Shown here one piece after another: positions 26,171 to 36,938 of a stretch of DNA of 64,000 bases (the first letter of the stretch is position 1; each line of letters opens with the position of its first letter). The notes below the pieces were generated by a model. That model was not told where the DNA came from. It made no database searches and worked only from the letters and a program-made list of their open reading frames with translations. A program made the translations under genes and the position numbers. Source of the DNA: Candidatus Marinacidobacterales bacterium (lineage in GTDB: Bacteria; Acidobacteriota; Vicinamibacteria; Marinacidobacterales; DATDRI01); assembly GCA_965226495.1 (NCBI GenBank), contig OZ245365.1, forward strand, positions 4,992,001 through 5,056,000, read 5' to 3'.

Positions 26171-28612
26171 ATGAGTCTCCAGCAGATCTTGGAGTACGTC
26201 GAGCGTCTCAAGCCCTATTTCACTTGGCAGTACGGGCGGATCGCGCTCGCACTAGCAGTTACGGTACTGGCCCTTCGTTGGGCGAATCGTCGCTTGCGGT
26301 TGACCCAGCGGATCTGGGGACTGGCGATGACATTGGTGAATCCGTACTTGCAGGCGTTTGCCCGGCGCCTTGCCATCCGGCGTGCAGAACGACTCGGCGA
26401 GTGGCTGGAAGCCGGCCTGCTCCATGAAGAGCAAGGCGATCTCGACCGTGCTCTCGACTGTTATGAAAGCGCCGAGGAGTACCACCTCTGCGGCGAGATC
26501 TGTTTCCGGCTAGGTCGGAAGGACTACGCTGCCGAGTGGTTCCTCCTCTCCAAGGAGAAGAAACGGGCAGCGGCTTTGTTCGAAGAGCTCGAGCAATACC
26601 AGCGCGCCGCGGAGGTCTACGTCGAGCTCGGCTCGAATCTCGATGCGGCTCAAGCGTTCTTGAAGGCTCGCAATTTTTCGAAGGCGGGAGAGATCTACGC
26701 CGAGGCCGGCCGCTACGCTAATGCCGCCGAAGCCTTCGAGCAGGCTGGCGAGTTCGGTCGAGCTGCCGAGAACTTCGAGCTCCAAATCACGGAGGCCGGT
26801 GGCATCCAGGGCCGTTCCTTCTCGACGACGCAGCGGGCCGAGCTAGTTCGCTTCACTCTTCGGGCCGCTCAATGCTTCGAAAAAACCGGCGAGCTGAAAC
26901 GGGCGGCCCGAGTTCTCGAAGACGCAAGCCAGCACGGAATGGCGGCAACGCTTATGGAACGCGAGGGGGAGCATCGACGTGCCGCAGCGCTCTATGAGAA
27001 AGATGGCCAGGTGCAGAAGGCCGCCGCGATGTATGGGCTCGCTGCCGATGCGCCGGCGGCGGCGCGCCTCGAGGGTGAGTATCAACTATCGGCTGGGAAC
27101 ACAGTCGCCGCGGCAGAATCGTTTCTGAAGAGCGGTGACCCGATCCGGGCGGCGGAGATCTTCGAGAGCATCGGCCAGTTTCACCGTGCCGCGGACAGCT
27201 ACGCCCGTGTGGATGCCTTCGCCCAGGCGGCCGATGCGGCGCTCCGGGCTAACGAGAAGGCGAGGGCCGCGCAGTTTTTCGAAACGGCGAGGAAGTTCGA
27301 CCAAGCGGCCGAGTTGTACGCGGAACTCGGTAGCTTCGATCGCGCCGCGCAACTCTTCGCCGACTGCAACCGCTATTTCGATGCGGCCATGGCCGCCGCA
27401 AAATGCGACTCCGAAAAGCTAATGGTGGACTACTTGCAAAGAGTCGGAGAGGACGACCCCCACTACCAAGAGGCACTTGCGGAGCTCGTGCGGTATTTCA
27501 ATCGCCGAGGTTGGAGCTCGCTGGCCCTCGAACGACTCAGCATCGAGCTTGCCGGCAAACCCGTCCGGAGTGACAACTTGGAGCTTTGGGACGGATACGC
27601 TCGCGCCTACGAAGCACAGGGTGAGCTCGCCATGGCCAGTGAGATCCTCCACAAGATGATGGCGGTGCAGTTTAGCTTTGGCAACATCGGTGACCGGCGT
27701 CGCGAGTTGCAAAAGCGCATGGAGGAGGAAAAAGAACGCGAGAGCAACTTGACTACTCCGCTGGCGGCATCGCCCGAAACCAAACCCAAGTCCGAGTCCG
27801 GTATCGCCGACCACACAGAGAACGCACGGTATCAGCTCGAGGGAATGTTGGGTAAGGGCAACACCGGCGCCGTTTATAAGGCATACGATCGACTGTTTCA
27901 GCGAACGGTCGCATACAAGTTGTTATCGAAGCAGCTACTCCGCGATCCCAAGGCACGCGACAACCTCTTGGACCAGGTGCGGTCTGCCGCCGCGCTCAAC
28001 CACCCGAACATCGTAACCGTGCTCGACATCGGACTCGACCAGGCGCTCCCCTTCATCTGTACGGAACTGATCGAGGGTGAGAGTTGCTCGAGCGTCATCC
28101 GTCGACAGGGACGGCTTGAACTCACGGAGCTCATGCACCTCCTGGTTTCGGTTTGTCAGGGTCTCCATCACGCTCACCGACGGGGTATCGTTCACGGTGA
28201 TTTGAAACCCTCCAACATCATGGTTACGGTTGGCAACCGGGTGAAGATCGCGGATTTCGGGCTTGCCCGACCGGAGGGGGGACGGTTGAGCGGTATCACT
28301 TCAGGGTCTGCTCAGACGGTCAAGTATTGGTCGCCGGAACAAGTACGCGGCGACACTCCCGACCGCCGGTCCGACATCTACTCGCTTGGTGTTTGCCTCT
28401 ACGAGCTACTTCTCGGTCACGCTCCCTTCACTGAGGGGGACTTCTTTAGGCATCACCTGTACACTTCCCCACCTCCCATGAGGCGCGAGCGAGCCGAGAT
28501 TTCACCGGATCTCGAATACCTGGTCCTCCACTGCCTCGCCAAGTTGCCCGCCGAGCGTTTCCAAACCGCCGGAGAGATCGTTTCCTACGCTTCCGCCGCC
28601 GGGCTCCTCTGA
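26171..28612 (+). CDS. Membrane-anchored helical-repeat (TPR/SNAP-like) protein with C-terminal Ser/Thr kinase
   Basis: N-terminal TM; AAxxF/Y repeats; GKGNTG, VAYK, HGDLKPSN, DFG, SPEQ. Confidence 0.88.
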   Translation: MSLQQILEYVERLKPYFTWQYGRIALALAVTVLALRWANRRLRLTQRIWGLAMTLVNPYLQAFARRLAIRRAERLGEWLEAGLLHEEQGDLDRALDCYESAEEYHLCGEICFRLGRKDYAAEWFLLSKEKKRAAALFEELEQYQRAAEVYVELGSNLDAAQAFLKARNFSKAGEIYAEAGRYANAAEAFEQAGEFGRAAENFELQITEAGGIQGRSFSTTQRAELVRFTLRAAQCFEKTGELKRAARVLEDASQHGMAATLMEREGEHRRAAALYEKDGQVQKAAAMYGLAADAPAAARLEGEYQLSAGNTVAAAESFLKSGDPIRAAEIFESIGQFHRAADSYARVDAFAQAADAALRANEKARAAQFFETARKFDQAAELYAELGSFDRAAQLFADCNRYFDAAMAAAKCDSEKLMVDYLQRVGEDDPHYQEALAELVRYFNRRGWSSLALERLSIELAGKPVRSDNLELWDGYARAYEAQGELAMASEILHKMMAVQFSFGNIGDRRRELQKRMEEEKERESNLTTPLAASPETKPKSESGIADHTENARYQLEGMLGKGNTGAVYKAYDRLFQRTVAYKLLSKQLLRDPKARDNLLDQVRSAAALNHPNIVTVLDIGLDQALPFICTELIEGESCSSVIRRQGRLELTELMHLLVSVCQGLHHAHRRGIVHGDLKPSNIMVTVGNRVKIADFGLARPEGGRLSGITSGSAQTVKYWSPEQVRGDTPDRRSDIYSLGVCLYELLLGHAPFTEGDFFRHHLYTSPPPMRRERAEISPDLEYLVLHCLAKLPAERFQTAGEIVSYASAAGLL

Positions 28613-28749
28613 ACCGGAAGCTAGCGGGCGCCGGTGAGGCGGTTGGCCGGACGACCGTAGGTTCTACTCCTTGTCCTTCTTCCACAGCCGAAGTGTGTCG
28701 CGGAAGTATGCTCGAAGTCCTCACGAGCCGTGAGGCTCACGGGCTTCTT

Positions 28750-28847
28750 GCGTAGAATAGGACGCATAATCTACGCACATTTTGCGTGGATTACAGTTGA
28801 CTACGCGAAGAATAGGACGCATAATCTACGCAGGAGATGCGTAGATT
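28750..28847 (+). promoter_or_regulatory. Duplicated palindromic operator upstream of the Fic gene
   Basis: Two 43-nt units with period 55, each containing AATCTACGCA-N5-TGCGT(A/G)GATT. Confidence 0.7.
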
Positions 28848-29943
28848 GATACACTACATACACCAACTTCCTGACTGGCCGCAATTTTACTGGAATCAGG
28901 AAACCCTCGCTGTGGCGCTTGCCGACATCCGGCATCGGCAGGGCCGCCTGCTGGGCCGCATGGAGAGCCTCGGCTTTCCCCTTCAAAAGGAGGCGGAACT
29001 TGCAACGCTGACCCTTGATGTTCTGAAGTCCAGCGAAATCGAAGGTGAAAACCTCGATGCCGATCAGGTACGGTCGTCGATCGCCCGGCGGCTCGGCATG
29101 GACATCGCCGGCGCAGTCCCGGCAGACCGCGATGTTGAGGGCGTGGTGGAAATGATGCTCGACGCCACTCGGAATTTCGACCAGTCTCTTAGTGACGAGC
29201 GCCTGTTCGGCTGGCATGCCGCGCTGTTTCCGACTGGGCGCAGCGGCATGGGCAAAATCATCGTCGGCGGGTGGCGCGATGATGCCGCCGGACCGATGCA
29301 GGTCGTTTCCGGCCCGATGGGAAAAGAGAGAGTGCACTATGTCGCACCGGCGGCGCCGCTTCTTGATGGCGAAATGTCCCGATTCCTAAGCTGGGCAAAC
29401 AAACGCGAGAGCGGCACCGATCCGGTTCTCAAGGCCGCGCTCGCTCATCTGTGGTTTGTGACCATTCACCCATTCGATGACGGCAACGGCCGGATCGCGC
29501 GCGCCATTGCCGACTGGTCGCTCGCGCGGGCTGACAACAGCCCCCAGCGCTTTTACAGCATGTCGGCGCAAACCCGTCATGAGAGGAAGGCCTATTACGA
29601 CACACTGGAACACGCACAGAAAGGGACGCTCGACATAACCCTCTGGATGGAGTGGTTCCTCGGATGCCTTGGGCGGGCCTTTGAAGGAACTGAAACCACA
29701 CTTGCCGCCGTGCTTCAAAAGGCACGGTTCTGGGACAGGCATGCCCGCACGGCGATGAACGACCGGCAACGCATGGTCCTGAACAAACTACTCAACGGAT
29801 TCGTCGGAAAACTCACAACGACAAAATACGCCAAGCTTGCGAAGTGCTCTCATGACACCGCGCTCCGCGATATCCAGGAACTAATCGAACATGGCGTTCT
29901 GGAAAAAGACCCTGGCCGCGGACGAGCACGAGCTATTCGCTGA
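28837..29943 (+). CDS. Fic family protein (DUF4172 N-terminus, C-terminal wHTH)
   Basis: SSEIEGE, HPFDDGNGRIAR, TALRDI. The conserved end GRSTSYSL appears in a shifted frame. Confidence 0.92.
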   Translation: MRRLIHYIHQLPDWPQFYWNQETLAVALADIRHRQGRLLGRMESLGFPLQKEAELATLTLDVLKSSEIEGENLDADQVRSSIARRLGMDIAGAVPADRDVEGVVEMMLDATRNFDQSLSDERLFGWHAALFPTGRSGMGKIIVGGWRDDAAGPMQVVSGPMGKERVHYVAPAAPLLDGEMSRFLSWANKRESGTDPVLKAALAHLWFVTIHPFDDGNGRIARAIADWSLARADNSPQRFYSMSAQTRHERKAYYDTLEHAQKGTLDITLWMEWFLGCLGRAFEGTETTLAAVLQKARFWDRHARTAMNDRQRMVLNKLLNGFVGKLTTTKYAKLAKCSHDTALRDIQELIEHGVLEKDPGRGRARAIR

Positions 29944-30047
29944 AAGAAAATTGAGCTAGCTGCAAAGGAGTTTTTGCAGCAAGAACGGCTATTGGGGATG
30001 CAAGACGAAAGACACGAGGGGAGAACGTTCGCCGGACGACGGTAGAT

Positions 30048-30980
30048 TTATTCCCCAGCCTTCTTCCAGCGGAAGTGTCGCTCTAATTCCGACGAGTAGG
30101 ACGTACCTAGAGTATCCGCGTTCGCATCCAGCCACTCGGAGAACCGCGTCTTCCCGTTGGGCGCGTCTTCGGAACACAACAGACTATCCATGAGACCCTT
30201 CGCCTCGTCCATGGTTAGAACGACATCTCGTACGAACCATCCAATAATCTGACCCAAGAAAATTCCCAAACCAGGCGGCAGATGGACCAGCTTGACGTTC
30301 CGCCCCATCTTGGCCCCGATGAGCGCCACCAGCTCCTCGAACGTAAAGGTCTCGGGTCCGATAGCATCGAGGACACGCGACTCCGGGTCGTGCGAGCTCG
30401 CCGCGGCGATGGAGGCGAGGTCTTCCACGTAGACCGGTTGAACCCGGTACCGGCCAGTCCCGAAGATCGGAAATACGGGAAACTTGCGCATCAGCCAAGC
30501 GATGTTGTTGACGAGAATGTCCTCTTTTCCAAACACCAGAGTGGGCCGCACGATGGCGTAGGGAACACCCGATTCAACGAGGGCTTCTTCTTGACGAGCC
30601 TTGCCGACATCGTATGGCAAAGTGGATGCTTCCGAGGCGTTGGTCACGCTGATATGCACGATCTTCTTCACACCCGCATCGGCAGCACAACGGAAGAGCG
30701 TCTTGGTGTTCTCCACCGCCTGTTCGAACGTTGCACCCCCATAGGCGAACCGAACCCAATAAGTGTTATAGAGCGTGCGCGCGCCTCGCAGGTGCCCCGT
30801 CAACAACTCGGGTTCGTCGAAGTCGAACGGGAATGCCGCGACCGCACTACCGAAAGGGTTCTGTTTGTCCGGATGAGTAGTGACGGTTCTAACCTGTTTC
30901 CCGGAATCGATGAGGTGGCGAGCAATGTACTTTCCGATGTAGCCGAAAGCACCGGTGACGACATCCAACTCAGCCGACAT
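30048..30980 (-). CDS. NAD-dependent epimerase/NDUFA9-like SDR
   Basis: VTGAFGYIG, YxxGK, IVRPTLVFG, QPVYVED. Confidence 0.88.
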   Translation of the reverse strand: MSAELDVVTGAFGYIGKYIARHLIDSGKQVRTVTTHPDKQNPFGSAVAAFPFDFDEPELLTGHLRGARTLYNTYWVRFAYGGATFEQAVENTKTLFRCAADAGVKKIVHISVTNASEASTLPYDVGKARQEEALVESGVPYAIVRPTLVFGKEDILVNNIAWLMRKFPVFPIFGTGRYRVQPVYVEDLASIAAASSHDPESRVLDAIGPETFTFEELVALIGAKMGRNVKLVHLPPGLGIFLGQIIGWFVRDVVLTMDEAKGLMDSLLCSEDAPNGKTRFSEWLDANADTLGTSYSSELERHFRWKKAGE

Positions 30981-31033
30981 GCTCGTGTTCGTTGACGGGT
31001 CGGCTAAGGAGCCGCGCGCCGGTAGCGATCCTA

Positions 31034-33684
31034 TCAGTTTTCGGTGGGGACGAGGCGCTTCAGCTCCTCGAACCAGTTGAAGACGACGACCACTTCGGTC
31101 GGACCTGTTTCCTCACCCTGAAGCATTAGGAAGCGTTGTCCGTCCGCGGCGATGTCGTAATTTCGAACAACTCCTGGAATCCCTTCTTCAAACCGATCCT
31201 CGAACAGAACCCGCGGGGCCTCTCGGCCCTGAACTCCGGCGCGAGACGGACAGGAACAGCCATCACTTTGTCGCCCGAGCGATAGAAGATCTCTCTGCCG
31301 TCCGGTGCCCACAGGGGCTCCTGGCCGCCGTCGACCGAAATCGGCCACCTACCGGTCCCGACAGGATAGGGTCGCACGTAGACCTCGAACCGGCCGGACT
31401 CGTTTGAGTTGTAGGCGAGCCACCGGCCGTCCGGCGAGAACTCCGCGCTCCCTTGGGTATAGGGCGTGTCGGTAAACGACTCGCGTTGCCATTCACGCTC
31501 CATCGGTAGCATCGAGATGCCCCCCCCTCCTTTAATAGCCAAGACCCGACCGTCCGGTGACCAAGATTGGGGCCAGCCCCGATTCTCACCGAGCCGCTCG
31601 GCGGGACCGCTTCCATCCGCCCGCTTCCAATACACATGTTTGGCTCCGTCCCGGGTCGAATAGAAAGTCACGCGCTCGCCGTCCGGCGTCCAAACGGCAA
31701 CTTCCTCGTGGCTCTCGGCCAGAGTCAACCGGGTGAGCGCAGCGCGAGGCAAGTCGTACGTCCAAATGTCCCAGTTCCCTTCTTCGCGAATCTGTACTGC
31801 TATGCGCTGGCCGCGCGGTACGATTCGGGGACTGAAATAGGTACGTTGCTCGTCGATTGCAGGTTGTGCCTGCCCTTGGCGATCCACCCAGACTAGGCTT
31901 TTACCCGGCACTCCACTTCCAGGGACGTACACGAGTGTGCCACTCGCGGAAAAAGCAACCTGCGCACTTTGGTCAATCAAGCCTTGGCGCACGCCGTCGA
32001 GGACTCGAGTCGGAGGGCCGTTAACCTCCAAGCGTTCGAGATCGAAGGGCACCGCAAAAAGCGCCCCCGTCCGTGCGTACACCAAATGACCCGTTGGGGC
32101 GTAACGCGCGAAGGTTCCTCCTTCGATCAGAACCTTGTATTCGTTCGTTTTCAACGAGACCACGCCGATCGTCGCGTTGTCCGATTCTTCCATGGTAGTG
32201 ACGAGCAGTGCGGTTGCCCCCGGAAGAACCTGGGGCCAAATCAGTGCGAAGCTCTTGCATGATTCACATGTCGTTGCGACCTCCGGTGCGCCCCCGCCCG
32301 CCGCGACCGACCAATGACCGTCCTTATCGTAGAGGGGAAAGTAGATCCGGTCATCGGGACCCCAGCTCGCATAGCGGAACCACTGATGAGCGGTCAACGT
32401 CAAGGGTGAGCCTCCGGCAACGGCAACCTTTTTGAGCTTGTCGTCGGCGAAGAATCCCACCCACTCGCCATCGGGAGAGAAAAAGGGTTCTATGGCACCG
32501 TCTGTTCCTGCCACTGGTTCGGCATCCAGCTTATCCATCGAGCGCAAGAAGAGTTTATTGGTGCCACTGTCTTGAGCGATGAAAGCCAGGCGCCTGCCGT
32601 CGGGCGATATGGCCAGTGGCGAGTCTTCAGTGACTAGAGGCGGGGTAGACAACCGCAAACGGGTTACCGGCACGGTTGACGGCGACTAGGCCCGCCCCGA
32701 CCCAAAAACTTCTTTGCTTCCACCACTGGGCGGGCCGCACTGGCACGCCCGGAATCGGCGTCTCACTCAGAGCATCTTCAAAGTCAATCCGCGCATCCCC
32801 CACGTCGCGCAGCCGACGATGCAGATCCTTGCGAAGACAACGGCGCAGCACCTCCCTTACTTTCGCGGGTGTCGTCCCCGGCAAAGCTTCCCAGTCGGGT
32901 TCCCTGTTGACGATCGCCGCAAGGGTGTCGGTGACGGTTTCTCCGACGAAAGGACTATGACCCGTCAATGACTCGTAGAGACAGCAACCAAATGCCCAAA
33001 TGTCCGCCCGCTTGTCCACCGCCTTGCCCCGCGCCTGCTCGGGACTCATGTAAGCGGCGGTGCCCAGGATCACTCCGGTCTCGGTCGCGTCTCGTGTGAT
33101 GGTCGGCGATTCCGACTTATCCCCCGACGGCGGACCGCCGGCCAGCGCCTTCGCCAAGCCGAAGTCCAGGACCTTGACTTTGTCGTCGGGAGTGAGCTTG
33201 ATGTTGGCGGGCTTGAGATGCGATGGACGACGCCCTTTTCATGAGCCGCTTCAAGCGCTTCCGAAATCTGGCCGAACAGAGGTAGGGCCTCGTCCAAAGG
33301 AACCGCGCCGCGCCTAATCCGCTCGGCCAGTGTTTCACCCGGAACGAGCTCCATTACAAGAAAACGAATTCTCTCAGGGCCGCGGGGCCCCACCCCCACG
33401 GCTCTCGCTCCGCGACTCGCTGCGCTCGGGCTGAGGGCTCTCCGATTCCTCGAGCCCGTGAATCGTCGCGATGTTCGGGTGATTCAGCGAAGCAAGAACG
33501 CGAGCTTCCCGTTCGAACCGGGCTAGACGTTCGGCGTCTTTGGCAAAGGCTTCGGGAAGAACCTTGATGGCGACGTCCCGCCCGAGCGTGGTGTCTCGCG
33601 CGCGGTAAACCTCACCCATGCCGCCGGCTCCGAGAAGCAACAGGCGTCGTAGGAACCTAGTTTGTCACCAGGGGCAACGGGCAC
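31034..33684 (-). pseudogene. Ser/Thr kinase + TolB/PD40 beta-propeller, broken by ~5 frameshifts and a repeat insertion
   Basis: [18 protein letters not shown](D)LKPAN, DFGLAK, YMSPEQ, SPDG repeats and NWFEELKRL are spread over several frames. Confidence 0.8.
33370..33443 (-). repeat. GTGGGG-loop hairpin repeat, copy B (intragenic)
   Basis: GCCGTGGGG-GTGGGG-CCCCGCGGC (33379-33402) preceded by GCCCGAGCGCAGC. Confidence 0.75.
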
Positions 33685-33751
33685 GCCCGCTCTCTCTCTT
33701 GAAGGTCTGGCTAGTTTCTTTCTGGAAAAGTAGACCCGTCTAAGTGAAGAG

Positions 33752-34642
33752 TCAAAGGGGGTTACTGAAAGAAGATGACAAAGAGGTCTTCCACGTAGGC
33801 TCTTTCGAGATCAGGGCTCCTGCGACCAGGCCTAGCATACTTGGCAGCGAGAGACCTACCCTGCGTTCGAGAACGGGATAACCGAGGGTCTCTATTTTCT
33901 CCAATATGCGGCAGTACACCGTGCCCATGAGTGACGTGCAGCGGCGACTGTCCGACTCAATCAGATCGAGAAGGGGTTCTGCTCGGCGGTAATACCCGCG
34001 CACACGCTCGACCTGAAAACGCATGAGCTCCGTAAAGGCCGGAGTGGCGCGTCGTTCCTTCAAATCCTTCTCGGTCACGCCAAAGCGGTCGAGCTCTTCC
34101 TTCGGAAGATAGATGCGATCCTTCTCGGCCGCATCTTCTCCGACGTCTCGCAGGATATTAGTGAGCTGAAACGCGGTTGCCAAGTCCCGGCCTCTGTCGA
34201 TGGCCGTTTCGTCTTTGTAGCCGAAGATCGAAAGCGACATCGTGGAGATCGTGGTTGCCACCAAATCGCTGTAAACGAGAAGCTCTTCGTAGGTGGCGTA
34301 GCGTTTCTTGACCAGATCCATGCGGCACCCTTCGATGAGTCCGGCAAAAGACTCTTTGGGAACTGGGTACCGCTTCGCGACGTCGGCAAGAGCGAGAGTT
34401 ATCGGATGGGTGGGTTGGCCTTGATAACAGCGCTCCAGCTCTTCCTGCCAACGGTCGACTCGCTGGCGGACGTCGGCGCCGGGATCCTCATCGACGATGT
34501 CGTCGACGAAACGACAAAAAGCGTAGGTGGCATATACCGCGCGACGTTTGGGCGGAGGAAGAAAACGGAATCCCACGGAGAAGTTCGGCCCGGAGCGGTG
34601 GGCGACCTGGCGGCAGAGGGCGTAAGCGTCGTCCAGCTCCAT
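33752..34642 (-). CDS. Squalene/phytoene synthase family (HpnD-like)
   Basis: YAFCRFVDDIVD, FQLTNILRDVGED, RIYLP. Confidence 0.9.
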   Translation of the reverse strand: MELDDAYALCRQVAHRSGPNFSVGFRFLPPPKRRAVYATYAFCRFVDDIVDEDPGADVRQRVDRWQEELERCYQGQPTHPITLALADVAKRYPVPKESFAGLIEGCRMDLVKKRYATYEELLVYSDLVATTISTMSLSIFGYKDETAIDRGRDLATAFQLTNILRDVGEDAAEKDRIYLPKEELDRFGVTEKDLKERRATPAFTELMRFQVERVRGYYRRAEPLLDLIESDSRRCTSLMGTVYCRILEKIETLGYPVLERRVGLSLPSMLGLVAGALISKEPTWKTSLSSSFSNPL

Positions 34643-34647
34643 CGCAC

Positions 34648-35799
34648 TCACTCTTCGAGATAGCGGGCCACGAAGTCCGCGGGAAGTGGCTCCGGCTTCC
34701 CGGACCTTCCCTCCCGAGGACGACACCACCCGCACAAGAGTTTGTGCCCACATGGCTCGCCACGACCAAAGATTTTTTGAGCAACCGGTCGCATCGCTAA
34801 CCGCCACCAAGCCGGCCGCGCCCACGAATGTAGAAACTCTCGGAAGTCACGTCGGCTCGCTTGCCAAACGAAGAAACGCAGGCCGTAGCGGCCAAGCCCC
34901 TCATAGAGGAGACGGGTGGAAACGCTCGAGCGCATGGTGGGGCCGAACTGTTCGGTCCACAAACGATCAAAATGAGCTTTCTCGACGAGACTCCTCGCCG
35001 CCAGGTGGCCGGTGGCAATGGCATAACGAATACCGAGTCCGAACAAGTAATCTTGAAAACCACCCGCTTCGCCCGCAAAGAGCGAACGTCCTTGAACCGA
35101 GCTCTCGTGAAGAAAGAAATTCATGTAGGAGTACCCGGGCCGAGGTGAATCGATGTCGAACGGCCGAATGGCTTGAAAACGCTCGACCGTCCTTTCAAAG
35201 TGGCTCTCCAGTCGGCTATACTCTTTCAAAAGCGCGAGCCCCAGAGTGCCCCAACCGTCCAGCACGAAGAAATAAGCATAGCCTCCCGGTGCCAACTCGG
35301 GGTCGAAGATCACCTCGATGCGATCGGGGCTTGCGGTTCGAAACGCTATCTCCTTCGCGATCCCGTCGGCGGGGCCTGGCCCGGTAGCGACGATGTCCGC
35401 CTCGCCGGGCGAGAGCTTCTTTCCGAAATGGATCACCGTGCCCAGAGCTCGTGCCTGAGCCTCGAGCCCGCGATCGAGCGTGCCCGATTCCGTCCCGCGG
35501 CGCAAAAAGTAGCCGTATGGCCGTGAGCTCGCTACCGAAAAAGCCTTACCACGGTCGTCGAAGAGGTGCGCCCAGTGAGCGGCTCGGAGCTCGAAGTTGA
35601 CGTCGATTCCCAACCGAGCGAGCTCCTCGAGTGCGTCTTCCTTCCGGCTATAGCTCTCGAGGACTTGATACTCTCCGATGAAGCGAGCCCCGACATCGTC
35701 TCTTCGCTCGAAGACCTCAACCGGAACTCCGCTGCGACGAAGATGGATGGCAGCGGACAATCCAGCCGGACCGGCGCCGGCGATGACCACCGGTTTCAT
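34648..35799 (-). CDS. FAD-dependent oxidoreductase, geranylgeranyl reductase-like
   Basis: GAGPAG, PGGYAYFF, AGEAGGFQD..FG.GIRYA. Confidence 0.8.
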   Translation of the reverse strand: MKPVVIAGAGPAGLSAAIHLRRSGVPVEVFERRDDVGARFIGEYQVLESYSRKEDALEELARLGIDVNFELRAAHWAHLFDDRGKAFSVASSRPYGYFLRRGTESGTLDRGLEAQARALGTVIHFGKKLSPGEADIVATGPGPADGIAKEIAFRTASPDRIEVIFDPELAPGGYAYFFVLDGWGTLGLALLKEYSRLESHFERTVERFQAIRPFDIDSPRPGYSYMNFFLHESSVQGRSLFAGEAGGFQDYLFGLGIRYAIATGHLAARSLVEKAHFDRLWTEQFGPTMRSSVSTRLLYEGLGRYGLRFFVWQASRRDFREFLHSWARPAWWRLAMRPVAQKIFGRGEPCGHKLLCGWCRPREGRSGKPEPLPADFVARYLEE

Positions 35800-36938
35800 G
35801 GCAGAAGAAGTCTCGACAGCGTGGCCTCCCAGGTGATGCTGCGCACGCTCTCTTCGGCCATGTTGCCCATCCGCATCGCAAGCTCTTGGTTACCGGCCAG
35901 GACATCAATCTGCCGGGCAATGAAATGAGGATCCGGCAACAAGACGTAACCCGAGCGCCCGTTGGTTACGAGCTCCGCGGGGCCGCCGCTGTCTAAGCAC
36001 GTGATCACGGGTTTTTTCGAGCGAGCGGCCTCCAGGGTGACGAACCCGAAGTCTTCCATGAACGGAGCGAAGAAAACGGCCCGGCAACGCGCATAGTGAT
36101 GAATGAGGGTCTCCTCGTCGACCCGGCCCAAGAACTCCACTCGTTTCTTAATATCGAGCTCAACAGCGAGTCGGCGCAGTTCATCCTCCTCCTCCCCACT
36201 TCCGGCGATGACGACCCGTATGTCGTCCGACTTGACGTGCTGCATCGCCTTCAGTAGCAGGCTGACACGTTTCAAAGGATGGAGCCTGGAAACGGCGAAG
36301 ATGTAGTTGTCGTATGAATCGGTGCGATAGGCCCTAACCGGCGGTGGTGGGTAGAGCACCTCGCTCGAGATGTTCCCCCACTTCATCAGTCTTTCTTGAA
36401 CCGTCTTGGAAAGTGCGAAGAGACGGGTCACGTTTCGCCGAAGCAGGTAACCGTCGGCGCGGTGCACCATGAATCGACGGGTACCCTCCTTTATTCTGCC
36501 TTTCCACGAAAGCTGTTCCTTGAAACGGGGCCACAGGTCGTAGTACTCGCGCATGCGATGGGTGAGCCAGCACACGTGACGAGGGTGCCGGACCGCATAG
36601 CTCGGATAGCGAAGGGAGATCACCTGATCGACGGGCACGCCGTCTCCGGACTCGGAAACGTCGGTCAACCAGTTGGCTAGATAGGCCGCGAACTGGCGAC
36701 CGAAACGGTTTTGTGCGGTTCGAATAATCTCTACCCGAAAACCGTGCTGCTGCAACGCGGCGGCAAGGTTGCGGGCGATGACGCGATGTCCGCCCTCCAC
36801 GAACGGCACATCCGACGTGACCACGGCAACGCGGACCGGCTCGGCCTCGGACCCAGTGGCCTCGGCAGCTTTGCTGGCGTCGCTGGCTTTACTTTCAGCG
36901 GTCACTTTCGACAAAGCCGGACCGTTCGAGGTCTCCAT
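35796..36938 (-). CDS. Glycosyltransferase family 4
   Basis: VPFVEGG, SRLHPLKR, EDFGFVTLEA. Confidence 0.9.
   Translation of the reverse strand: METSNGPALSKVTAESKASDASKAAEATGSEAEPVRVAVVTSDVPFVEGGHRVIARNLAAALQQHGFRVEIIRTAQNRFGRQFAAYLANWLTDVSESGDGVPVDQVISLRYPSYAVRHPRHVCWLTHRMREYYDLWPRFKEQLSWKGRIKEGTRRFMVHRADGYLLRRNVTRLFALSKTVQERLMKWGNISSEVLYPPPPVRAYRTDSYDNYIFAVSRLHPLKRVSLLLKAMQHVKSDDIRVVIAGSGEEEDELRRLAVELDIKKRVEFLGRVDEETLIHHYARCRAVFFAPFMEDFGFVTLEAARSKKPVITCLDSGGPAELVTNGRSGYVLLPDPHFIARQIDVLAGNQELAMRMGNMAEESVRSITWEATLSRLLLP

Noticed and set aside
28750-28847. Mini-CRISPR array
   Set aside because: Only two units, overlapping a gene start, and no cas genes.
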